Part shown: one piece after another, positions 24,301 to 36,300 of the stretch | How the letters are laid out: every line of letters begins with the position of its first letter | Numbering within the stretch: the first letter of the stretch is position 1 | DNA from: Phoronis australis | Taxonomy: Eukaryota; Animalia; Phoronida | Assembly: GCA_002633005.1 (NCBI GenBank) | Contig: NMRA01000041.1 | Location: 749,294-813,293, forward strand | DNA: 64,000 bases | Direction of reading: 5' to 3' | Program-made: the position numbers and the translations under genes | The notes under the pieces: generated by a model | What the model was told of the DNA's origin: nothing | Database searches by the model: none | Seen by the model: the letters and a program-made list of their open reading frames with translations, nothing else

Positions 24301-27300
24301 TGTTATCATTATTGTGACTTTTATTCATACAAAAAGTTATGTTTATTTGAATCAGTTGAATTTTTGCACACAAAAACATTTCTATCACACAAGCCTAGTT
24401 TGTGGAACAATACATCACCCGGAAAACTTTCCTGTTTTCTTTTTTGTCATTGGTCATTCCAAACCCTGTGTCTTCCAAAATGTGCACAGCAATTACAGTG
24501 TTTCTATATTTCTGTTTTAAGACAGCTTTGATAAACAAGTGAAACGTTTAAAATTTAGCACACTTCTGTCATATATTTGTAAGCTGTAATGGTCAATGAC
24601 TCCCCTGCAATATTTACACAAATTGGCCTCTGCTGAGATCTCCTGTTTGTTCCAGTGACGAGGACGGCACTATCTACATGGGGGTAACTGGTGTGAAAAG
24701 TAACTACACTGCCCCCAACATCACAGTGACGGTGGTTCCCAATTTAGCAGTCAATGCTTCTCTGGTTAATGCAACTCAAGCAAACTCCACCAGTCTCTCA
24801 AGAAGCAAGCGGGAAATTCTGTGGGAAAGTGAGTACTCTGGCATTTTTTATCAGTGTTTGGATGTGTTTTATGTCACTGTAGATTGTTCTTAAAGCCACA
24901 TTGTTTGTCACACCAGCTGCTTTTATAGGAAAACAAGAGAGAGGTTGATGCATTCTTGTTGAAGTTGTCTGGCTGAAATAATTAAGATTCACGTGGTCTG
25001 CCATCACAGCTGTACTAAAAAATTCTAACGATACAATTACCTTTCACCATGCATGTTACTTTGGTTGCGATAGGTGCTCCTAAGCGAGTCAGGCGGTCAA
25101 CTACGTCCACTTCTGGATCATCAACGTCCGGCTCTTCATCGGGGTCAGCTGACCAAGCCTCCGATGATTTACTGTACGAAATGGGCACTTTTACTGCCCA
25201 ATGTAAATACTACAACCCATACTCACTAAAGTGGGAAACAGATGGATGCGAGGTGATTAAACATCATTCTGATTTGTTTTAATTGCTGCGCACAAGTTGG
25301 CTTAAGCTTAATATGTAGAACCTTATTGACAAGCCTCCATTTTCATGTTTGAATCGTGTTTTGCTTCCTTAGTATTGCTAGGAATATCCTGGAAAACTCA
25401 ATACGCCTAAGTATCAAAATCTCATTGAAGGAAGGCTTTAAGTATGCTGATTGCTCCCCCTATTTCAGGTTGGCCCTCTTACTACGCCACAGTCGACCCA
25501 CTGCATCTGCACACGCCTGATCCCTTTGCCGCCGACGCCCTCGGAAGATGAAGAAGTTAAGCGTGACACCGAAACAGTCAACCCTAACATGATCCGGCCA
25601 GAGGTGAAACAGAGACCTACGGCTTTCGGCTGTGGCCTGGGCGTGCCAATGAACACAATCAACCCCAACGACTCAGCTTTCCTAAAGCTTGACTCTAACC
25701 CAGTTATCTTCTCTGTCATGGTAGCACTGATCTGTCTCTACCTTATCACATTGATCTGGGCTAAGAAGGCTGACCAGAATGACGACCTGAAGGTAAAAAA
25801 AGAAATAATCGCTAACAGTCTGGTGCACCTTGTACCAGTCTGATTCACCTTGTACAAGACTTGTGCAGGCCGCTCAGGTGGGCTCATTGCACTGATCACT
25901 TGTAACCATTTTTTCTCTTTATTAAAACATAGTTAATACTGAACTGAGGAGCTAGAGACCTGACTCAAGGGTTTAGCAGTGTACCCCAGTGGAACTTGTA
26001 CTCACAACGTTGAGTAAAGGATGCGTACACTTATCCCACTAGGACACACTGTCTCCCCGACCGGAAAACATGGCGTGACTATGTGAGGCCATGTTAAAAG
26101 TGACCTGAAAGTAGACTGTTGGTCTGTGGAGGCAGTTTCTTGTGTTTACGGCTTGACTTAGTACGTGGTCCAATAATTCTAATGAAGCATTTGGAAAGCT
26201 ATAGACAAAAGAAATTGAAACCCTTAGGTGCACCAGTTCAGTGCGGATGTTGTGCATACTCATCCATGTCTCGGGTATCAGTTCCGCTTTGTATTCTACT
26301 GGCTAAACCTACTTTTACTTAGATGAACTACCCCCCGTTCCTGTTGAACAATCCCATCTCCCTATGCTTTAGCCAATCCCAGTCATCTCCCTGTTTACTG
26401 TCACTGTAACCTGTCTCAACATCGTTCTATGGAGATTGACCAATCCGAGACATGGTCCTGTGAAGATTGACCAATCCCAGAAAAGAATTGCTGCTGCACT
26501 ACTCTTCCCAATTCTACTGTCCAATCTTATCTCTCCTTACTTTCCTGCAGGCTGCTACCACGCCACTTATGGATAATGACCCCCGGCACAAGTATGTCTA
26601 CGAAATCATCGTCTATACAGGCTCCAAGTCTAGGTCAGGCACGACGTCTCATGTGTCCATGATTTTCTCTGGAGAAGAAGACGAGACCGTCCCTCGTTTG
26701 ATATTCGACAACAAACGCAAGGTTATGCAACGTGGCAGTGTAGACTCGTTCCTCATGGCTGTGCCACGAACACTAGGACCTCTGTCTCATATTCGGTGAG
26801 TCGAATTCTATCACTGTCATCTTTTTAACAGGTAAAATGTTCAATAACAATGAGGCAGTTCATTCAACTTTTAAGTACTGTTATTGTTTTTGATCCTGGT
26901 CGTTAATTTGGTGCCTTGTTGGAAAATTCTTGACAGAAATGTGTCTTGTTTCGTCTGTGCTGTCGTGTTGCAGACTGGCTACTGTCATGTTGCTGTGCAC
27001 AGTCTATCATTTCCAAATAGTGGAGTTCAACGTCCAAAGTGTTTGGATTCCCTTCACTCTCTTAGGGTCTGAGAAAACTGTCCAGAAATCATTACACTGG
27101 CTGAGGAAGAAGTGTACAATGGATTGTGGAACATGGGGCAAATCTGACAGTACTTAATAAATGTGGGCTATTGAGGAAGATAAGGCCAAAAAATCTTGGT
27201 TGCTTCTTGTCTGCGCCTCATTTTGAAACCTGCTCTCTCTGCTTTGAGAAAAAACGCCCACCTGCATCAATTTCAGCCATTTTCTTGAGCATTTTCTGAA

Positions 27301-30300
27301 AATCCCTATGAAGGCACACATTAAATAAAGTTTTAAAGATTGCTTGTCTAGTGAGGCATCTGTCTTTGAGGCACAGCTGCTATGAATACTGGCGTTCGCG
27401 TGACTGCAGCTTTGAAACGGGCTTGGAGCTCAGGTTTCAGTTGAGAAAAAAAACGCATTGTTTTTGCTTTTTTCACATGTATTTTTTTGAAAAAGTGTAC
27501 ATCTAAAATGGCATACTCAAGGCACTCCACCTACTCATAATGTGTTCTATTAAATAATAGATGAGTAAGTTAGACAAAATTAGTGTTCATTCCCTGTAGT
27601 TGCTGTCATGTGTATTCAATGCAAGTACACCAGTTGCGTGTGACTAAATTGGCTAACTCAGACAGGAAAATGCATCTGCTATCTCTGTTCCTTTGTCCCC
27701 AGATATCAAGGGAGTCAGTTGTTGTACTTGCACGTGATGCTGTTCAAATCTCTACAGCTCTTAGCTGTTGAGAGGGAACAAAAAAAGAGTTAATCGTCAT
27801 GATGCATAATGTTACAGAGTCTGGCACGACAACAGTGGCACCTCTCCTAGCTGGTTCTTTAGCCGCATGGTGGTTAAGGACTTGCAGACGGATGACCAGT
27901 TCTTCTTCATTGCTGACAAATGGCTGGCGGTGGAAGAAGAGGACGGCTTGGTAAGGCTGAGTTTGAGTCATACTGTGTAATTTTGATTTCCAGTACGGGT
28001 TTTCAAAAGTGTTGATTGTACGTAGGGAACTTTGTGTCCAAAAAGATCCTCTAGAGGACTTCTTAAAAGAAAAACTTACGAGAGTCTTTTGGCAGTGCTT
28101 TTAAGGTGTGTTGTAAGTTAGAGAAAAGTTTAACTTTGCCAGCAGCATGGATGCTAAGAGGTGAAATTTGAGGAAAATTCTGAGGTTAGCTAGTATTATT
28201 TTAATGATCGTTTTAAGGATGGAAAGTTGAGAATGTTGATTCATTACATTTTTCTGCATTTCCCTCAGATGGGCAAAAGGAGCCAGCAGTAGCCCCAATA
28301 TGGCAGCTCTTTTGGAATTCCTGGTATAGCTCTTTTAGAGAAATGGCTACCAACTGCATGGGACTTGTGACATTTAGCTAACGAATGAATTACATGTATT
28401 GCAGATTATGTTTTGTCCTTACTGTGGTCATCTTTCAGATTGACCGCATGGTACCTCTCGCCGGTCGGGAGGAGCTGACTAACTTCAACCATTTGTTCTG
28501 GACCAAGACAAAGAACGACTTCAGCGATGGTCACATCTGGTTCTCTGTGTTTGGCCGCCCAGTCAAGAGCACGTTCACGCGTTGCCAGCGTCTCACCTGC
28601 TGCATCTCTCTGCTCTTCTGCACCATGATGGCCAACATCTTCTTCTACGATACCGAAGACTCTTCGGCACCAGCTCAGGAGTTTGCCATCGGGCCGATTA
28701 CATTCACAATCCCGGCGTTATTGACGGGTATCTACAGCACCCTACTTGTGTTCCCGATTAATCTCATCATTGTAATGCTGTTCCGCTATGCCAAACCTCC
28801 GAAGACCAAGTGGCAGAAGGAGAAAGAGAAGGCTATCGCAGATGCTAAAAAAGCACTGAAGAGGAACCAGCTGACAGCAGAGGATGAGCTGCGCCAACAA
28901 AAAGAGTTCCTGGAGACGGGCGACCACAATAAGAGGCTGATGATGGGATCGCAGTCGGGCATCAGCTTCATTGATACGGAGAGTGGTGAGGCCAAGGTTG
29001 CGATGACAAATGCCAAGAAGAAGAAGAAGGGACCGTTCCGTCTGCCCCACTGGATCATCTACCCGGCCTATCTCCTTTGTCTGGCGTCATGCGGTACTGC
29101 GTTCTACTTCACGGTGGAAGTCGGTGGTGTGTTTGGTGCCAAAAAGTCCAATGAATGGATGGTGTCGTTTGTCATGTCAATTTTCCAATCTATCTTCTTG
29201 ACTCAGCCTCTCAAGGTGGGTTTCATTTGATTTGGAATTTGAACTCTTGTATAATGAGAAACATTGTTGTAAAACTAGTTATGAATTCCACCATCCCCAT
29301 TCACTGCTCTCACATTAGCCTCAAGACTAGTCACGAATTTGACCATCCCCATTCACTGCTCTCACATTAGCCTCAAGACTAGTCATGAATTTGACCATCC
29401 TCATTCACTGCTCTCACATTACCCTCAAGACTAGTCATGAATTTGACCATCCCCATTCACTGCTCTCACATTACCCTCAAGACTAGTCATGAATTAGACC
29501 ATCCCCATTCACTGCTCTTACATTGACCTTAAGACTAGTCATGAATTTGACCATCCCTGTCACATTAGCCTCAAGACTAGTCATGAATTAGACCATCCCC
29601 ATTCACTGCTATCATATTGGCCTCAAGAAAGAAAATATAGAGGCGTAATTTCAAAGAAAGAAATCAATGTAGAAGTTATTGCAGGCCGTGAATATATCTT
29701 CACATTCAAGTCAAATGTTGGCTTGTACCAGTTGTCTGACCAATACGCTATGTCCATTGTCTAAAAGTTGTCTTTATCCTTACAGTTGTTTTGGTGAGCT
29801 ATTTTTTTGTTTTTTTCCAACAGAACACGCATGTGCATGCATTTGTGTTAAGCTGCATCTGAATCCAATATTGAGCACCATATGCATTTTTGTGAAGCAT
29901 TCAAGCATATTTTTAGATAGCATGTCACTGAATGAAGGTGTTGACATACATGTTTTCAATTCAACATTAACTGATTTATTGAAACACGCACAATGCAAAC
30001 GGATGTCATACAAACTACATGCCCTTTTATGACATGTAAATAAGTACACGCCTCACATGCCGTCTAACACAGCACCATATTGTATTCCTCAAGATTGACT
30101 CTTTCTGTGGTGTCCTTGTACACAGGTGCTGGGTCTGGCCATGTTCTATGCACTAGTTATTAAAAAGCCTGAGGTGGAGGTTGATGACAGCATGGCTGAG
30201 CCAGGCCTAGGTAAGGGTGAAGAATACTTGCACAAGACGGAGAACAGTCAGTTGGGAGAGGAGGAGAGACAGTTCCGCAAGTCTCTGTCTAAATACAAGA

Positions 30301-33300
30301 ACATACCTGTACCACCTGATGAGGAGTACCTGAAGGCAGCCAAGGCACAGAGGTATGACTGACCACTGGTCAAAGGATGGGGGGACTGTACTGACAGCTG
30401 TTTAATGGGTTAGGTGACTATACAGACCACTGTTCAAATGATGAAGTGACAACTGACTGCTGGTCAAGCTTGTCAAGGAGTGCATGAGGTGACCATACTG
30501 GCCACTGGTCAAGGTATGAACTGACTTCTGACGACTGATCGAGGGCTAAGGTGACTATAGTTTCCACCAATCAAGTGGCGAGGTGACAGCTCATCGCTGA
30601 TCAAGTGATGATAACTGAGAAGTGATTTTTGATCAGTGGTCAAAGGTTGAGGTGACTAGTCAAGGGATGATGGGACTATATTGACAGCTGGTCATGGGAT
30701 GTTACTGTTGACAATGCTGATTAGTGGATGCAGAATGTTTCCAAAAAAGATTTTCTTGTACAGCAAAATTTTGTTGTAATAATTGCAACTAATCTTTTGA
30801 TGAGTTTTAATTTCATGTGGTTGCTTTGTGTATTTTATGTCAAGCTTTATAAAATACCCAAGAAGACCTGAATCTGTTGAAAAAAGTTGACTATAGTGTG
30901 TGTCCAAAAATTTATCTGAACCTGTATATTGCCCATACCTGTTGAAAACAATACACTGTGCAGAAATTTAAGATTATGTTGAAATTAATTGAGTCAGACA
31001 GTAACTATTGATGTCTGCCACTCGTATGACACGATTTGACCCCGCAAATAGCAGTAGAAGTGCACATCACAACGCTACGTAAATCTGGTCTAATAATTAT
31101 TATACTTTTTACAATTTCGGCATTTTAGTTTTATTTGAATTTGTGTGCAAAGTGTCAAAATGATGTCATATCAAACAACGGAATACTTTAGGTTAGTGTT
31201 GGTCCTTTGGTCAGGTCATTGAGCGTATCTCTGTTTGCACAGAATGAAGGAGCTAGCAATGCAGTCTATATTGATGGAGATTGCTGCCTATCTCTTCTTC
31301 CTTTACCTCCTCATGATGGTTGGCTATGGTAACCGAGACCCCTGGTCCAATACCTTCTACCAGTCCATCAGGAAGGAGTTTGCGGACGGGTCGTATTTCG
31401 ACTCTAAGGACATGGACTCGGTAGGTACTCCTAGAGGTTTTGGATGTGCTATAATCTTAGTTTGTTCTTTACGTTTGAGATATTTCATTTGGGCTTTTGC
31501 GCTGTGTTTCTTATGAGGAGCATGTGATTTGGGACTGTTGCTACAGTTGGTGATTCGGTCACATAGGTAAATTTCAACTTTAGAGAATTTTTGTTTAATT
31601 TGTAACCAGAAAACTGGCTTAATTGTGTAACTAAACACACCAGTCTCCAATGAGGTGCTGTCAAAACTAAGATTGCACAAAAACGTAGCATTTAGCATAA
31701 CAAAAAATGTATCGTTTAAAACTAGTCGGAATAAATGATAACAAATAACAGTTAAATGGGATACCACACATAGAGTTCTGTTGCACAGTATTAGAAATGT
31801 TAATGCTGATTTATTCGCATTTGTCGTTGTGCCTTTGTTTCTTAAGAATAGACATGGTGTTGTGCTGTTCATCATTGAAAAATGAAAATAACGTAAAGGT
31901 TAACCTTGACTCTGACTCTGAAAAGAATGTTAATTTAGTAAAGTTTATGCTGTGTCATTTTAGTGTCACTCTTCATGATATTCATTTCTGTTGCATCTTA
32001 CTATTCATTGTACCTGACTAGGAAGTTTTTGTTCTGAAACTTTTAACACACATTGTAATTACTTGGTGTACTGTTAAAAGCCTTAAGTTTACAGATGAGC
32101 CATTCTTTTATCTTTTTTAGTCGATAGTTTGCATTTTTACGAACTTACCGCGTCTGCTCATGTACGACCCACCATTATAATTAGTGATTAATCCTATCCA
32201 CAACCAACATCTGACATAAACACATTCCCATGTTTCGCACCTCTTCCTTTACAAGGCTATGTACCCCTGTTTCATTACCTTTTGCATGCTGTTTAAATGG
32301 AGAGTTAGGGTCAGTGATAAGTCTGCATTTACACTAATTCTTGTTTAAAAAACGTCACAAAGTTCGACATTTTGTTGAACACACCAACGGATGATATATT
32401 AAGTAAATAAGTGTTAGTCTGTACAGTATCTCAGTATTATGCCATGGAAGTAATACTCCACTTTACTCTGTAGGTTTCTGACTACCCCTCTTTCTGGGAG
32501 TGGACCGAGAGCACAATGATTCCTGCCGTTTATGGTGACACATGGTACAACGGGGAGGACTACTGGTTTCAGGTGGGCTTCTTTGCCGACAGGAATAACT
32601 ACCTGATGGGCATCCCCCGCATACGACAAGTGCGCAACAAGCCTCGTAAGTTACATGGAAGAGCCTACTTAAAGTTCTCTGGGTGGCGCTAGGTAACATT
32701 TCTCAGTCTATAAATGCAAGGATTCAGCTGTTCAAGTAGAACCCTTGGCCCTTGAACACCCCTTACTAGTAAACAGCTTTCTGTTTTAAATCTGTTGGTA
32801 ATATAAAGAAGACCTAGCCCCGGGGTCTAAGACTTTTACTGGAAATCCAACTCAAAATTATTTTTGGTATTTTCTTTACTTTGTGTGAACTCAGATAAGT
32901 GGGTATTATTCTATGCTCGAGTGCATTATGACTACTAACTTTATAAGCCCTAGTTTGTACTCGATGGCTCAAGCATTAAGACTAACTAAATTTCAGTTCA
33001 AAGCTTGAAAGTTTGAGTTGTACTTGAATTAGTAGAGGGGTCATCAAGTATAATCTCAGACTAGAAACTCATAAATTATGCGTAACTCATTAATATGTAC
33101 GTGAGCACAGACTGGCTGCTTATCTTGAGTTTGCACAAAAGTGGAATTATAGAAAATGGCAAAATTGTCTTGAATCCAAGTCATTTATGTAAGAGCCATA
33201 GGTTTGACCAGTTGTCATATAATGAGTTTGATAGTCAAACAAGTCAGCCAGCTATTTGTATGAAGACAATACAGCTAGGAACTGCTGTTTGTAAACTCAC

Positions 33301-36300
33301 ATACACCGTATAAACTCACACTGCTTGGGTTGTTCCACTCGCCACCCTGTTGTGAAACTAATATCAACATTTAGAGCTAACGAGAGGCAAGGGTGACTCC
33401 AAAATCTGGCAATCATTCGACACTCACCTTGCCTGTCACAGCCGTTTAAGTAAAAAACATGAACGTCATTTTGTTTCTTAATTCTCTGATACTTGTTAGA
33501 AACAAGACTATCATCGACTTGAAAACAGCTGAAAACAGCTTGTGAAACACGCATGCACCATTTGCTAAATTTTTTGCACCATCTTTTGGGGCATGATGAC
33601 AATTTTGTCGAAGCATTGCTCAGAAAGTTGACTTGCCAGTATATAAATTTTAAAGTACTCAATTTAGCAGCAGAATAAAATGGTAGAAAGGCAATTCTTT
33701 AGCTCCGGTAACTAAATAAAGTAAATTAGTTTACTCACGGAAGCATGTTGCTTTTCATGACATTAATTTTGTGTTAGATGTCATTTGACCAATTTTTACC
33801 CACCGAGGCTACAAAAAGGTTAGCTCCTTCAAAGTTAGACAAATACCCTGGAGAAAATCTCTTATGTGAACTTGCTTATGTGAAATCAGTCATGTGAACA
33901 CTGTCATTCTGTTGTAGACAACTGTCGTATGCCTGTGTACCGCTACGTGAAACACTGTCACAACGAATACGACATAGCAGCTGAAGACCAAGATAACTAC
34001 CGACAGAACTGGGTACCAGTCAATGAATCAAGTAAGTTCGACAGGCTTTTGGGAATCGGAGATGCATTTGTTGGAAGGGGAAGTGTTTGGGTAATAATTT
34101 TTTTCAAGATATTGTTTCGTCTCTAATCCTCAATGTTATGCGAATTTCTGTGATCATAACTGGTGAAACGTAATATTCGGTCAGAATATGGTACATCAAC
34201 TTCTTTGAAGCAGTTTTTACTGTACAGAAAGTGGTCCAATTAAAGGAAAAGTCATAATGATAATTTGGTATTTGACATCTTGAAAATGCTGCGGATGTGA
34301 GCAAACATTGTTTTATTAAGAAAGTTAACATAAGGCTCATTAGCAATGCATGTACAGAACAATGTTTAGTTATTCAAAACAAAGGAGGATTCCTTACCAC
34401 TCACCGCATAAACTTTTGTTTGAATTGTTTTCCCAGACCCTAGCGATGTCCCTGATGAAAGTTTTGAATACCGCAACAGCACTGACTTAGACGGGCTTCC
34501 TGTGTATGGTGAGATTGGTTACTATGGTGGTGGCGGGTACGTGGTGGAGTTGTCACGTGACAAAGACGTAGCCCTCAAAAAGCTGGCAAAGCTGAAGGAG
34601 GCCAACTGGATTGACCAGGACACACGTGCTGTATTCATCGAGTTTGTGGCCTACAACCCAGCGCTGAATCTGCACGGCATCTCTTTCATGGTGTTCGAGT
34701 TCCTCACAACTGGAGGTATCATTTGAAGGAAACACAGTTTCACTGTTTGAGTCATTTTTTCACTTTTCAAATGAAGGCTTCTATCATTGTGAATGTTTCA
34801 ACTTTCAAAATCATATTTGATGCTAGATACTGGCGCAGAACTTGAAAACGAAAATGGCATTGCTTAAGTGCCTTTGTGTGGCTTTCAAAGGAATGAAATT
34901 GATGCTGGCCATGCTTTTTTAGATGGTGAGGGCAGGTCTCAAAATGAGTTGGGGTACAGACCAGAACCAACTATTGAATATGCTTTTTGGCCTGACTAAG
35001 TTCCTAGAAATAGCTATACCTATTGTGTTGGTAGCACTTAGACAAACATTACTACCTACGGAGAAAATTGTTTTATTGCCATTAAATTGCGTGGTATTTT
35101 ATTGCAACTGGTTTTATGGTGGTGTGCAGGTCACGTAACTCACTTGCTTTCTACTTGCACAGCCATGTGGTGGTGTGGTCACGTAACTCACTTGCTTTCT
35201 ACTTGCACAGCCATCTATCCAGACTACCGCTTCTACATCATGCGTCTCGACCGTTATGTCGGCGCCGGAATGCTGGCGCTAATCATTGCTGAGCTCGGAG
35301 CTGCCATCTGGGCCATCTACGCGTTTGTGAGAGAGTTGAGGAAGATCAAGAGAGAGAAGGTTGCATATTTCAAGGTATACGTTATGACTTTGTCTCATTC
35401 ATTGGCTATTTGAGACAACACATTAGTCGAACGTGGGGAATTTGAAAACTTACCCAGTGGATGTTTACACCCTGTTTTCTTTTATCTCATGCAAATCTCA
35501 ACTTTCTGTCACCGGGCATGGGTTTCCTCTCTGGAAAACAACCGCATCAGTAGCTTGACCAAATTCCATATGATATAAATGTTCAAGATAAAATCTCAAA
35601 AGCGCTGTTACACTTTTCTAAATTATCTCTCCGTTTTTATTTTGTGCAACTTGAATGAATTTTGTATAAACAAATTAATCTTTAAAGTTCTGTTTTTTGC
35701 TAGCACCTCGTTAGTACAACATTTTGGAACAAAAGTGCATCAGGCATTATAGTATCTGAAAGTTTCTTGTGAATCCGATCAGCCATTTTTGAAATGTAAT
35801 GTTCTGAAGTTGGCCAAAATTAGACATATTTTTTTGAGGTCCTACCTACCCTTAACATATGGCTGTGTTTAAGGGCCACTCAATGTATCCTTTGGGTGAA
35901 GCATTAACTACACAAAAAGCAGCTGACAGAACCAAGTTAATATCCTTTTTGAAGGGAGTTTGTGTCCTTTTCATCTCAAGCAGAAAGTTTCTATGGACTA
36001 CATTACCTTGTGAAGCTGTCATGGCATCATTTGTCACTTAGCTCAGGGCCATGATGTCCAGCAGCTATGTTGAATTTTGTTTGATATTTTATCTGCATTA
36101 ATACTCATCATCCGTCAATCGAATCACGAGTAAAAGATTTTCAATAGCTATCTGTAACTTTCAATAGCTGTCTGTAACTTTCAATAGCTGTCTGTAACTT
36201 TCAATAGCTATCTGTAACTTTCAATAGCTGTCTGTAACTTTCAATAGCTGTCTGTAACTTTCAATTGCTGTCTGTAACTTTCAATAGCTATCTGTAACTT

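Noticed and set aside
25520-25618. The 99-nt GPS insert as an unrecognised intron (including U12 AT-AC)
   Set aside because: Starts ATCCCT and ends CCT; no GT/GC..AG or ATATCC..AC boundaries restore L|T, and it is stop-free with exon-like composition.
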